Below, in pieces: positions 1 to 9,955 of a stretch of DNA of 64,000 nucleotides. This DNA is from a virus: positions 47,143-111,142 of IMG/VR virus record IMGVR_UViG_3300031784_000013; one strand, given 5' to 3'. Made by a program: the position numbers and the translations under genes. Position 1 is the first letter of the stretch, and each line of letters starts with the position of its first letter. Under the pieces are notes generated by a model. That model did not search any database and was not told the DNA's origin. It saw only the letters and a list, made by a program, of their open reading frames with translations.

Positions 1-322
1 CGAGCGTTGCATCGATTGCTGTAACATTGGTTTTTAAAGCGCAAATTGATTGCAACAATGCTGAGATAACATCATTAAGTGTAATGTCACCAGACACTGG
101 GAGAAACCCACTCACCAATGGGCACAGATCAGCTGGATCAATGACAGGAATAATGCCATTACCAGTAGACAGATCTAAGATGAAATTTGCAATTTGTAAT
201 TCAACAAAAGCAAGTGTGTCCCCATTGGAAATACCAAGGGCAGGAATGCCGTATCCTGTATATCTTACGCACTGATCAGATATGATTTCAGTGCATCCGT
301 TAAAGCAATTAGAACAGCTCAT
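1..322 (-). CDS. Structural/tail-associated protein, N-terminal part (runs off window start); MSCSNCFNGCTEIISDQCVRYTG...
   Basis: Hand-translated from ATG at 322-320, open to position 2; abuts the stop of the upstream gene; Cys-rich N-terminus; structural operon context. Confidence 0.65.
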   Translation of the reverse strand, partial: MSCSNCFNGCTEIISDQCVRYTGYGIPALGISNGDTLAFVELQIANFILDLSTGNGIIPVIDPADLCPLVSGFLPVSGDITLNDVISALLQSICALKTNVTAIDATL

Positions 323-589
323 TTATTTATATTTTAGAAGTTTTACTTTACTAGCTATTTGACATACGCTATATGGTTTAGCGTAATCTGGGTTACAATA
401 CTTATATGTCAAGATTCTTCTGTAATTAAGAAGATCTATCATAGTTGTATATGGGACAGGCATATTCAATGCAAACACAGTGTTGTTGTAAAGATTCTTT
501 GCAACTTCTGTAATCTTACATTCGATATCCTGTAACAATGTTGGGATATCAACACACTCAGGGCAAGAAGTTAATCTAGGTTGTAACAT
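323..589 (-). CDS. Hypothetical structural-operon protein (probable start MLQPRLTSCPEC at 589)
   Basis: ORF 323..661; start moved to 589 because a separate small ORF occupies 592..723. Confidence 0.65.
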   Translation of the reverse strand: MLQPRLTSCPECVDIPTLLQDIECKITEVAKNLYNNTVFALNMPVPYTTMIDLLNYRRILTYKYCNPDYAKPYSVCQIASKVKLLKYK

Positions 590-591
590 GT

Positions 592-723
592 CTATTGATT
601 TTGAGTGGTGGGTGGTTGTACTGTGAGTTCTTCTTTCTTCTTGTTTGCACAGAATGCGCACATCCCATTTTTGAGATTACATCCACATCCTACACTTGCC
701 CCACAGCTTGAACACTTTGCCAT
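592..723 (-). CDS. Small Cys-rich protein, 43 aa (MAKCSSCGASVGCGCNLKNGMCAFCANK...), possible Zn-binder
   Basis: Hand-translated; exactly fills the gap between neighbours; CxxC-CGC-CxxC. Confidence 0.6.
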   Translation of the reverse strand: MAKCSSCGASVGCGCNLKNGMCAFCANKKKEELTVQPPTTQNQ

Positions 724-724
724 A

Positions 725-1294
725 TTAATAATAAGTTGTTACGGTTGCGTAATTATTTCCTGAACATCCACAGTTGTTTCGTAAGAAGTTGTTCAGCATT
801 TTGTCAGCTTGAAGATACAATCTATTTGCTTCAACCGCAGCACAATTATTTGCTGCTGCTATAGCACCATTAATAAAGAATGATATAGTTGTTAGCTCCA
901 CCTTAGATTGCGTCTTAATTGCTCTATCACACTCCATCATGTCAAGTTTCATGAATGCCTCATCGAACTTCTCTTGAAGTCTTTCAGTACGCATTATAGT
1001 TCTCTCAACATAGTTTACGTTTGCTGGTGCTACTGAATACTTCAGATAGTAAATACCATCAGGGAGAGGGTCATTTATTCCAACTGGCGTAATTCCTAAA
1101 TTAGAAGATGAAAACACATTCACCTGATTAACAGTAAATGGAACGTTTACTATCCCAAAGTTTGGAACATTAACCTCCAAGTTTGGTGCAGAGACAGCTG
1201 GTGGAGTAGTTGGGTATGTAGATGCGTCAGCAACAGCCATTGTTAGCGTGTTGTATGTTGGAACTACAATAATGTCTAGTTGCAGAGTTGGCAT
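725..1294 (-). CDS. Putative virion structural protein (tail hub/ring-like)
   Basis: 189 aa ORF in structural operon; LPDGIYYLKYSV motif and C-terminal CGC resemble crAss-like tail proteins. Confidence 0.55.
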   Translation of the reverse strand: MPTLQLDIIVVPTYNTLTMAVADASTYPTTPPAVSAPNLEVNVPNFGIVNVPFTVNQVNVFSSSNLGITPVGINDPLPDGIYYLKYSVAPANVNYVERTIMRTERLQEKFDEAFMKLDMMECDRAIKTQSKVELTTISFFINGAIAAANNCAAVEANRLYLQADKMLNNFLRNNCGCSGNNYATVTTYY

Positions 1295-1310
1295 GGGAGT
1301 TATAAAGAAA

Positions 1311-1353
1311 ATGCCAGAGGATTTTGAGAACTAATCCTCTCACCCTCTGGCAT
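1311..1353 (-). terminator. Rho-independent terminator-like hairpin
   Basis: ATGCCAGAGG/CCTCTGGCAT stem followed by a T-run on the minus strand. Confidence 0.65.
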
Positions 1354-1382
1354 AGGTTGTAGAAATTTTAACTTACCTACTA

Positions 1383-2561
1383 TTAAGGAATCAAAGTGCT
1401 AGTAGTGGTAGTAGTTGTTGGAGGTGTAGAAGTTGTAGTGGTAGTAGTAGTGATACAAACATTGTTGTCAACTACAGTACCAAGAGCAGCTTCAAGAACA
1501 GCTTCAACAGCAGTAGAAATACCAGCGTTACCTGGAGTGGCAGCGTTAGGAACAGCAACAATCACCATGCTATCCTCATAGATATAATCACCCCACTGAT
1601 AAGCAGAACGGTCGTACTGATTGAACTTGATGTAATAGGTATCATAGATGGTACCAGTGGTTACATAAGTTTCAAAGTTCTCGTTGTAACCATTCATTCT
1701 GTACAAGTGCTTCAAGTAACCTGCCTGATAGCTGTAGAAGTTTTTCTCAAGTTGAGCAATTTCTTCAGCAGTACCAGTTGGGTAAGAAGCTCTCTGTACA
1801 ACAACAGGATCAGCAACAATATCACAATTGTCAGCAACAATGAAGTCAGCAGTGGTAGCAGGACCTTGGTATACGAAAGTACGGAAGTACATTCTGTCAT
1901 ATTCCCAAGGGAATGCAGCAATATCGCAAGGCTGACCATACTTGGTAAGAGGCTTACCAGAGATTCGAAGGATAGTTCCACCTACGTTCTCGAAAGTATA
2001 GAAATCAGACAATGTGATGTTGTCAGGGTTGTTACCAGGAGCAGCAAGGTTCAACTGATAGATGAACTGGTTGATCAACGCATTAGTGTTGACATCAGCG
2101 CAAGGATCAGCACCGCAATCGCAGCAAGGAGCTTGTACAGTTACAGAACGGGTGAAACCGTTGAAGTACAAGGTGTCAAGATAACTAGAATGACCTCTTA
2201 GAGTAAGGGTCACAATTTCTCCACACTGTACGTTCCAATCAGTTACATCAGTGATTTGGACAGCAGGAGTACCGCAACCTGATACTTTGTACCATTCAGT
2301 TACGTTAGATGAGCAACCAGAGCCAGAAGGGCAACCCTTGATTTTATCAGAACGCTTAGAGCCTTGTAGGTAGGTGTTTTGTCTACCTTGAGCTACATAG
2401 AAGTATGGAGCAGCAGCAATGTTAGCAGCTGTAGCCACACTGTAATCGTTTCTGAAGAAACCAACTTGACCAGCGGTTAGATCCTGTGTAGAACCAGTGC
2501 TAGGGAGCGAAGTTTGCCCTACTGGAACTACAAAAAGGGTGGTTAACGAGAAATCAGCCAT
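1383..2561 (-). CDS. Major structural protein (auxiliary capsid/decoration-like) with C-terminal poly-Thr tail
   Basis: 392 aa; downstream of MCP; followed by a terminator; ends CITTTTTTTSTPPTTTTTTSTLIP. Confidence 0.7.
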   Translation of the reverse strand: MADFSLTTLFVVPVGQTSLPSTGSTQDLTAGQVGFFRNDYSVATAANIAAAPYFYVAQGRQNTYLQGSKRSDKIKGCPSGSGCSSNVTEWYKVSGCGTPAVQITDVTDWNVQCGEIVTLTLRGHSSYLDTLYFNGFTRSVTVQAPCCDCGADPCADVNTNALINQFIYQLNLAAPGNNPDNITLSDFYTFENVGGTILRISGKPLTKYGQPCDIAAFPWEYDRMYFRTFVYQGPATTADFIVADNCDIVADPVVVQRASYPTGTAEEIAQLEKNFYSYQAGYLKHLYRMNGYNENFETYVTTGTIYDTYYIKFNQYDRSAYQWGDYIYEDSMVIVAVPNAATPGNAGISTAVEAVLEAALGTVVDNNVCITTTTTTTSTPPTTTTTTSTLIP

Positions 2562-2586
2562 TTTTTTGTTTGTTTGTTAAGTTTAT

Positions 2587-3318
2587 TTATTCATTTGTCT
2601 GTATTCTGAACTGGGCACTTTGTACCGCAGAAGCATTCTCTGTATACATTGCAAGGTTCTGGACGGTTAAATCAACTAACTCATCTTCCAGATAAGCTTC
2701 AAGTTCACAGTTAACATCCGTAGATGGTTGGCCGTCAAACCTGATATAGCCTGTCTTATCAATGTAGATTGGATATCTCATATAAGAGATGTATATATCA
2801 TTAGGAGTGAACGTTCCGTCTGTGAATATACTAATTTCATCTGAGGAGAGGAAATTAAATGTCTCTTGATATTCGAAAGATGGCTTATAGTGAACGTTGT
2901 TCAATAAGAACTGCAAATCACCATGTTTTGCCAAGTCTTTGTTTATCCAAATTTGTCGATCCTTGCACACTCCCTTGTCAGCTAGAATATAACTGTCAAT
3001 GTAGAACATGTACTTTGGATCAAGCGTATCAATATCAGCTGTCCACTGATTTAATGTTTGGTTCTTTAGATGTAATGGTAACTTACCACGATTGTAATTA
3101 ATTACAAGTCTTTGCAAGTCTTCATAACGCTTTTTGAAAGCGTCCATTCCCATTCCATTGACAACACTAAATCCATCAACCTTCTGTTTGATAAGCTTTA
3201 TCTGAGCCTCATTCAAGGCTAAGATTTTATCTTCGAGTTGAATCTGCTGATGCTCATTAGTCGATAGTTTATTTAGTTTTTGATCAATTTTATATAATAA
3301 ACTATCTACAGGTATCAT
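2587..3318 (-). CDS. Head-tail adaptor / tail ring protein (crAss-like)
   Basis: 243 aa; position after MCP; ALNEAQ, YMRYP and CEL motifs reminiscent of crAss-like ring proteins. Confidence 0.6.
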   Translation of the reverse strand: MIPVDSLLYKIDQKLNKLSTNEHQQIQLEDKILALNEAQIKLIKQKVDGFSVVNGMGMDAFKKRYEDLQRLVINYNRGKLPLHLKNQTLNQWTADIDTLDPKYMFYIDSYILADKGVCKDRQIWINKDLAKHGDLQFLLNNVHYKPSFEYQETFNFLSSDEISIFTDGTFTPNDIYISYMRYPIYIDKTGYIRFDGQPSTDVNCELEAYLEDELVDLTVQNLAMYTENASAVQSAQFRIQTNE

Positions 3319-4283
3319 ACAGAAGCGAGTTTCTTAGATTTCAACTTTTGTTCTAGAGTGATTAGTTCGTCCTGATTATCATCATTAGCTAAGAACTTCA
3401 CCAACTCTTCTTCATCTTTTGCCACTTCATATTCACCTTCAAAGACACGTCCACTGGACTTAACTCTGTAAACTGAATGTGCAATAGCTTGCTTAACCAA
3501 ATCTTTGATATGGAGTAAATTTTCCTTCATGTCTGCAAATCTGTTAAACACTTCGATTGTTGACAATCCTTGGTATTTACCAGACTTGAATTCAGTCTGC
3601 TTGAGAATGTTATCCACTTGATTGTATACAAAATCTTCTTTAGAATCTTCTGTAACTGGAAGTCCTAAAAGTCTTGCAACTTTTCTTTTCTTCTCAGGAG
3701 ACATTGTATCAAACTTGGAGATTGCCTTGTTGATCAATTGCTTCTTCTTGAAGATTACAGCATTTTCGATATCATCATCTACAACGTAGAATTGTGTATC
3801 TGCTGGATAGTCACCTCTTTCCCATGCTTGGTAAGAACTAGCAACAGTTGGATGAACTCTCAACCAAGAGAACGCAAGTTCTTGAAAAGGTACTGTCAAA
3901 TCGAAGTAGTTATCACCATCAAGAAGTTTTACAGTTTGGACGTGAGTAGTGTCATCCGCAGATTTTGATAAGCCGTAGTTCCAGAAAATAGCTCTTGGTC
4001 CAAGATCTATTCCTCCTAAAGCATTTTCAAGTTTCTCTCTTAGTTCTTTTACACGTTCAACTTCTAGCTCACGCTCAGTAGGATCTGCAATTCTTTTGAT
4101 GTAAGCAGCGTCAGGATCTAAACCTGTTCTGTATCGTCCATCAAGTTCCTTGTAAGGATATTTAAAAACTCCAGTTCCTGGAATTCTTGATAGTCCTCTT
4201 TGTGATAATCCTCCTTGCATGGTTTGCATGCCAGCACTGTTGTACTCCTTCTTAATCGTGGAGATTTTCCCTAATTTACCCAT
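3315..4283 (-). CDS. Conserved crAss-like capsid-module protein of unknown function
   Basis: 322 aa ORF directly downstream of MCP. Confidence 0.65.
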   Translation of the reverse strand: MGKLGKISTIKKEYNSAGMQTMQGGLSQRGLSRIPGTGVFKYPYKELDGRYRTGLDPDAAYIKRIADPTERELEVERVKELREKLENALGGIDLGPRAIFWNYGLSKSADDTTHVQTVKLLDGDNYFDLTVPFQELAFSWLRVHPTVASSYQAWERGDYPADTQFYVVDDDIENAVIFKKKQLINKAISKFDTMSPEKKRKVARLLGLPVTEDSKEDFVYNQVDNILKQTEFKSGKYQGLSTIEVFNRFADMKENLLHIKDLVKQAIAHSVYRVKSSGRVFEGEYEVAKDEEELVKFLANDDNQDELITLEQKLKSKKLASV

Positions 4284-4379
4284 TACGTAGTTATTTGATT
4301 ATTATTGGTTTGTTTGCAGAGTGCGCCAATCAAATGGCTAGGCTCACTGACCCGCACTCTGTTTTAAAGAGCAATAAAA

Positions 4380-4406
4380 CTCCCCTCATGGTTGACACGA
4401 GGGGAG
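4380..4406 (-). terminator. Terminator hairpin after major capsid gene
   Basis: CTCCCCTC/GAGGGGAG stem then GTTTTATT on the minus strand. Confidence 0.65.
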
Positions 4407-4414
4407 ATTTTATA

Positions 4415-5968
4415 TTAGAACTGTGGAATTTCTTCGATTAGAACAGTTCGTGACAAGTCTTCGATGAATACATCGCAACGATCTTGCATCCAGATTTCAT
4501 AGCCTGGGAATTTGTTGGCAGAAGACATACCCTGAGACTTAGCAAAGCCAAGGTGGTGTCTACGTCCATCGATATAACCCCAAGTCATAGAAGGAGCACC
4601 TTTCATTCTCACTTCACGAATGTTGTTCACCATAGAGCCATCAGACATTGGAGACACATCAAATACCATGAACACTGGAGTTGACTTCTTGTTCTGTCCA
4701 AATTCCAAGTTGGATTGAGGAAGATCAAGTTCTTTCAAGTGGATAAGTTCCACACGACCAGTTTCACGAGTAACCATTGCATCGAATGCAAAGTTATAAG
4801 TGATGTGTTGTCCTTCTCCTTGCATGTATCTGTTTCCAGAATCTGCCATGAAGGTAAGGCCAGAGTTCAATGCATCAGTTTTCAAAGCCTGCTGGAACAC
4901 GTCAAAGCCAGCTTCGTTAGTGTACATTTTCACTCGTCTGTCCTTAACATCCACACGTCTGTAGAACAAGTCTCCAAACACGGAACGGATAAGGTTTGCA
5001 GAGAATTCTCCACGGTTGTATTGTACCAAGTTACCATTGTTACGCATTCTGTGATAAACACCAGCAGATACACGCTTCAATTCTTGCTTAGATCCATTAG
5101 TTTTTACAGTGCCTGGCTTAGACCAGATCATTCGCTTCACCTTAAGTTCAAGCATTGCTTTTCTCAACATGAATTCTACGAATGGCTCCCACTTAACATC
5201 GTTACGAGTTAGAGGAAGTTGGTTTCTACGCTGAGGAGCATACACCAAGATATCAAGAGGCTTACCAGAAGCATCACGCATAGTCTTGTCATCAGCCCAT
5301 GCAGTAACTTGGTGCTCAAAACCATATCCAGAACCAAGAGATTCGAACATAGTGATTTTCTCACCAAGTCTTGGTAAACCAAGAAGGTCCTGATCAAATT
5401 CACCAATTGCAGCATCAACTAGTTCTAGTTCAATACCAATTTGCAAGAAGGTAGGGCTTACAAAGTCTAGGATTGGGTTGTCAGACACCAATGTAAAGGT
5501 GTAAAGGAAACCTGCATTCCAAGGAACTGGATCTTTTACAGCATACCATCTTGGACCATACTGACGAGAACCTACAGAAACGATAGCGTTCTTAGAGAAT
5601 TCGTTAGTGTCCAATACCACCTGAAACTCCTGACCATCGATACCTGGCTTGCTCAACTCAGCAGTGGAGCTAGGGATGTCAATGATTTTAGGGAATTTGT
5701 AAGGAACTTGAACGTCCCACTTCCAAGAATCGCTGTTGTTGTCGATGTAGTAAGGAGTGGACTTGTTGATCATATCAAGGAAGTCGTTGCTGTACAATGA
5801 GCTCTGAGTGTACAAGGAGATGATCTTCTTGTCATAGTCAGCTGGCTCAGTGGAGTGAAACGACTCCAAGTGATTTGAATCAGTTAGCTTTCCTACGGCA
5901 CGTTTGTCCATTGACGCAACGCGAGCATAGGTAAAGCCTGTTAAACCTGGGATTGTTTGAATTGCCAT
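4415..5968 (-). CDS. Major capsid protein (crAss-like)
   Basis: 517 aa; terminase-portal-scaffold-MCP gene order; followed by a terminator. Confidence 0.8.
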   Translation of the reverse strand: MAIQTIPGLTGFTYARVASMDKRAVGKLTDSNHLESFHSTEPADYDKKIISLYTQSSLYSNDFLDMINKSTPYYIDNNSDSWKWDVQVPYKFPKIIDIPSSTAELSKPGIDGQEFQVVLDTNEFSKNAIVSVGSRQYGPRWYAVKDPVPWNAGFLYTFTLVSDNPILDFVSPTFLQIGIELELVDAAIGEFDQDLLGLPRLGEKITMFESLGSGYGFEHQVTAWADDKTMRDASGKPLDILVYAPQRRNQLPLTRNDVKWEPFVEFMLRKAMLELKVKRMIWSKPGTVKTNGSKQELKRVSAGVYHRMRNNGNLVQYNRGEFSANLIRSVFGDLFYRRVDVKDRRVKMYTNEAGFDVFQQALKTDALNSGLTFMADSGNRYMQGEGQHITYNFAFDAMVTRETGRVELIHLKELDLPQSNLEFGQNKKSTPVFMVFDVSPMSDGSMVNNIREVRMKGAPSMTWGYIDGRRHHLGFAKSQGMSSANKFPGYEIWMQDRCDVFIEDLSRTVLIEEIPQF

Positions 5969-5992
5969 TGTTTTAAGCTTTGTTTATTTAAT

Positions 5993-7228
5993 TTATAAGA
6001 ACCATGAGTTCGCTTTTCCAGAATTGCCACCAGAACCAGGTTTTTTACTAGTCTGTCTCGCAACTTCCTCAAACAACTGAGTTGACTTCTTAGTCACCCC
6101 TGTTCTTTGAATGGTAGATAGTGTAGGATCTTTTTCCAAGATTTTCAGAAGAAGTCCCACCTTAACTTTTAAAGCGTGATTCTCAGGTCTCTTGAGCTCC
6201 AGGATAGTCTTGTCAAAATCTGTCAGGGTTTCTCCTGACGTAGTTTTGTACTTATCTACCAAAAGGAAGTCTTGTAGTTCTGATGCCAATTTGGTGTTTA
6301 ATGGAATTCCATCAAACTCCTTTGTTTTCAATTTGTCTTGAAGGACAGACTGAACGTTTTGTATATACTGATTTCGAATCATTGCTTTCTGATGAAGATG
6401 TTGTTCAGCTTGTTGCTCCATTTGTTGCAACTTTACTGCCTCTTTCTTAACAAGCACTTTGTGATGCTTGCTAGCAACTGTTTCTAAATCACCGTAGCTT
6501 CTAAGCCTTTCAACTTCTGTTGTGATGTCCTCACTATCAAATCCCTGGTCTGCCAGAGCTTGTTTGATCACCTTCACTTGGTTGTCTTCATTGGACAAGT
6601 CCAATTCAGCAAAACTCACTACACTGTTATATACGCCAAAATAATCTTTAGGGTCTACACCCTTTACAAATATGGCATCAAACGCTTTCTGGTAATCCTC
6701 TCCAAACTGACCAATGAAATTATCAACAATCTCGATTGCACCTTTTTTCTTCTCTGCATTGAACTTCTCCAGGAATTGTTCTGGTGTCTCAATAACTGTA
6801 TCCTCTTCATCATCATCTTGTGTAAAAACACCAAGTTTGAAAAGGTCCTTCGATAGAGAAACAAATGGGGATTCTGATGCATCATCTTCTTCTTCATCAG
6901 CTTTCACTTCTGGTTTAGCTGGTGCTGCAACATTATCGTCTTCTTCCTCATCATCATCGTCTCCAAGAAAGTTTTTCAAAACATCTTGTGGAGTGGTTTC
7001 CTCACCATCTAGCTTTTGGACAACTTCCTTACCTTTAGAAACTTCTGGTTTTTTAGGAGCTTGGGGTTCATCAGCTGTCTTTACGATTGCTTCTAGTTTA
7101 TCAGGATCTTCTGTAGAAGTTTCTGGAGAAAACAAGTCGCTTAACAATTCTGTGTTACCCACTCCCATTCCCAACGTTTCTTCAATACCAAAGTTACCAA
7201 ATGACGGAGTGTCTAGGTTGTCTGCCAT
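5993..7228 (-). CDS. Acidic scaffolding/prohead core-like protein
   Basis: 411 aa; very acidic N-half, coiled-coil C-half; between portal and MCP. Confidence 0.65.
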   Translation of the reverse strand: MADNLDTPSFGNFGIEETLGMGVGNTELLSDLFSPETSTEDPDKLEAIVKTADEPQAPKKPEVSKGKEVVQKLDGEETTPQDVLKNFLGDDDDEEEDDNVAAPAKPEVKADEEEDDASESPFVSLSKDLFKLGVFTQDDDEEDTVIETPEQFLEKFNAEKKKGAIEIVDNFIGQFGEDYQKAFDAIFVKGVDPKDYFGVYNSVVSFAELDLSNEDNQVKVIKQALADQGFDSEDITTEVERLRSYGDLETVASKHHKVLVKKEAVKLQQMEQQAEQHLHQKAMIRNQYIQNVQSVLQDKLKTKEFDGIPLNTKLASELQDFLLVDKYKTTSGETLTDFDKTILELKRPENHALKVKVGLLLKILEKDPTLSTIQRTGVTKKSTQLFEEVARQTSKKPGSGGNSGKANSWFL

Positions 7229-7262
7229 ATATGTAGTTAATTATTTGATTGGTTTATTGATA

Positions 7263-7293
7263 TAAATGTACTTTCGTTTATAAAATAATCAAA
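7263..7293 (-). promoter_or_regulatory. Bacteroidota-type promoter TTTG-N19-TACATTTA driving scaffold/MCP
   Basis: Matches the -33/-7 consensus TTTG-N19-21-TAnnTTTG with one change, ~35 nt upstream of the ATG at 7228. Confidence 0.5.
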
Positions 7294-7360
7294 TAAGGAA
7301 TAATCAAAATTGTTGTTTTTTTGACACGTATAGCATTAACTATACTTTTTCCTATATTTT

Positions 7361-9955
7361 TTATTTTTTATTGTTTTTTGACGCTCTATTGCTAGCATTT
7401 ATTTTAGCCACTTCAACATCATTCTTCATGTTCTCTCTAGCAACATTTAGCTTTTCTTTTTCAAGTTGCATCTTCTGCATAGCCTGATTGTTTTTAGATT
7501 GAATATCTTGCATCTTTATTTGATATTCTTGAGCTGCTTTAGACTGCTGCATAGATAGATTTGATATCTCTAATATGTCAGGAGTGCCTGATTGATCAGC
7601 ATCTTGTGTTGCTGCCTCACCTCTAGCAGAAGCATTAATAAGAGCAATCTCTTTCTTATTAATTCTATCAAGTTCTTGCTGATAGTTTTGATTAGCAAGT
7701 TCTTCTTGTTTCTGCTGTTGTTGTGCTTGTAGTTGAGCAGCTGCAATTTGTTGCTGTTGTTCAAGCTGTTGCTGTTGCATTTGCATCTGCTGATCCTGCA
7801 TTTGCTGCTGACGATCTTTGAGAGTTTTGAATGTTTTCTTCATCTCTCTCATAGACTTAGTGGAATACAATTCTATTACATCATATAGTGTGCCACCATT
7901 CTGAATGACAGCCTGAGACAACTGACGCAATTCGTTGAACATTTGTGTATCTTCTGGTCTGTTTGTTACAAACACTTTCAAATCACGTAGTTTCAAATCA
8001 TTACCATTCACTTGTATAAATGCAGATTCTCCTTCTGATGTAATGTATGATAGTGTAGACATAGGCTTAGCACTCTCTACATATTGTGCAGCATCTACAA
8101 TAGCCTGATATAACTGACCTAATACATACTCGTGTGCGATGAATAGAGGCTCTGTCTGGGCATATGACTGACTGACAGCTGTGTTGACACCTGTCGCAGA
8201 TTCGCTCGCTTGTACGCTTCCTAAACGCTGTCTAGACATGCCTATAAGTTCCCAGCATTCATTCTTAAGTTGTAATGCAAGGTTATATCTAGATTGGATT
8301 TCACTAGTTCTTGTAAGGTCTATGTTTCTTGCAATGGTGGTGTTAGACACAGCAGCTTTTGTGTTCTCTGGGCTGTCATCATCAAATATAATACCACGCT
8401 CTCTTGCTTCCATTTCCCATACATCTAGAGCATCCTGGTCATCACCATCTTTTAATCTAGGAACACGTCTAATGTTTACAGAAGCAACGTTACCAATTTC
8501 CTTTTCCAACAATTTGTACAATTGATTCATACAAATGTTATATAAAACTTGGAATGGCTTCATCAAATCCACTAATGACTTAGCTTCTGTGTTCTTCACC
8601 TCAAATGTTGTACCTATGATAGGACAATAGTTAAGGATTTTTAGAGGTTTGATGTGGTAGATGTCTGGACCAATTTTAGTTCCTTGATACCACTGGTTAA
8701 TCCATCCCCATTCTAGAGAGATTTGTGTAGGTATGGTGCCTGATTTATAGTTTTCGTCTACAAGAACAGTTTGATCATTACCCATTTCGTCTACGTAGGA
8801 TAATTTACCAATCTTTCTCTTAGAAATCCAATATGCTCTAACAACAACGTATTTGTATCCAAATGAAGACACGTTAGATGTCAAGCCCAAGAAGTCTTTC
8901 AAGCCATCATTGTTCTCTTTCATTTCACTTTCAATCATCATTCTTGTCTGTAGGACAAGAGGATCGAATGTGTCGTATTGAATGGAATCAATGCCTGGTG
9001 TAGCATCAGGATTACCAAGATTGGATTCACGAACGTTAATAAGTCCGTAGTCTTGCAATGAGCTTCGTAGGTGATCAATCTCTTCTTTAGTAAGATCAGG
9101 AATGCTCTCAATAATCTCTGACAATTCCATAACTTGCACAGTACCAGCAGCATACGCTCCTTGGTTTCTTCCTGTAGGATCAGAAATCCACTTTCTATCT
9201 GGTGTTGTTAAGAACCATGTGTTCTTTGGGTTGGCCACTTCTATGTTAAATCCAAGCTTGGAGTTGTCTTCATAGATGTGATAGAACTCTCTAGCAGAAA
9301 TAAGCATGTCTCTGAATGCATCTTCACTCTTTTCTTTAAGATTGAATTCTGCTTTCTGACATGTCAAAATGTGGTTGGCCCATTTCTCTGCTACAGATGT
9401 GTAAGAATCGAGTTGATCCTTCACCTGCTCCATTGTAATTTGTTCTAGCTGCTCTTCATCAACTTCTTGACCCTGCATAGCTAGTTTCTCTAATATGCCC
9501 TGTCTTGCTTGAGAAATAATAAACTCTTGCAGAACATTTGTTTTGAATTGTAATTCTTCAGACTGGCTATCATCATCAAATGCCTTTACACGAAATGTAT
9601 CTGGACGCTTAGATATTTCGCCTACAAGCTCATTGATTGGTGTCGTTACAATAGAATAATGTTTTACATAAGCAGGAAGTCCTAGATCGCCTTGTAGTAT
9701 TTCTGTAAATGATTTTACATCTGGCTCCTGATAAAAGTCCTCCATTCTCAGGATGCCTTTTACAAGGTCATAATTTTTAACAAACGTGTCACGATTCTTC
9801 ATGTATTCCGCATATGATTTGTTTGCGAAATAATCCATCGTGTTTTTTACCCAACTCTCATCCTGCTTTTCTTTCTCCGTCTTAAATTGATCAGGAAAAA
9901 TGTTAAGATAGGCATATCGTATGGTTGCGTCCTTTGTATATCTAATGATTGCCAT
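7361..9955 (-). CDS. Portal protein
   Basis: 864 aa directly after TerL; SESATGV motif; long Gln-rich C-terminal barrel helix as in P22/crAss-like portals. Confidence 0.85.
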   Translation of the reverse strand: MAIIRYTKDATIRYAYLNIFPDQFKTEKEKQDESWVKNTMDYFANKSYAEYMKNRDTFVKNYDLVKGILRMEDFYQEPDVKSFTEILQGDLGLPAYVKHYSIVTTPINELVGEISKRPDTFRVKAFDDDSQSEELQFKTNVLQEFIISQARQGILEKLAMQGQEVDEEQLEQITMEQVKDQLDSYTSVAEKWANHILTCQKAEFNLKEKSEDAFRDMLISAREFYHIYEDNSKLGFNIEVANPKNTWFLTTPDRKWISDPTGRNQGAYAAGTVQVMELSEIIESIPDLTKEEIDHLRSSLQDYGLINVRESNLGNPDATPGIDSIQYDTFDPLVLQTRMMIESEMKENNDGLKDFLGLTSNVSSFGYKYVVVRAYWISKRKIGKLSYVDEMGNDQTVLVDENYKSGTIPTQISLEWGWINQWYQGTKIGPDIYHIKPLKILNYCPIIGTTFEVKNTEAKSLVDLMKPFQVLYNICMNQLYKLLEKEIGNVASVNIRRVPRLKDGDDQDALDVWEMEARERGIIFDDDSPENTKAAVSNTTIARNIDLTRTSEIQSRYNLALQLKNECWELIGMSRQRLGSVQASESATGVNTAVSQSYAQTEPLFIAHEYVLGQLYQAIVDAAQYVESAKPMSTLSYITSEGESAFIQVNGNDLKLRDLKVFVTNRPEDTQMFNELRQLSQAVIQNGGTLYDVIELYSTKSMREMKKTFKTLKDRQQQMQDQQMQMQQQQLEQQQQIAAAQLQAQQQQKQEELANQNYQQELDRINKKEIALINASARGEAATQDADQSGTPDILEISNLSMQQSKAAQEYQIKMQDIQSKNNQAMQKMQLEKEKLNVARENMKNDVEVAKINASNRASKNNKK

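Noticed and set aside
1396-2201. Plus-strand ORFs such as poly-Val 1396..1581 and 1707..2201, and other antisense ORFs (e.g. 6714..7265)
   Set aside because: Antisense shadows of real genes with biased codon usage
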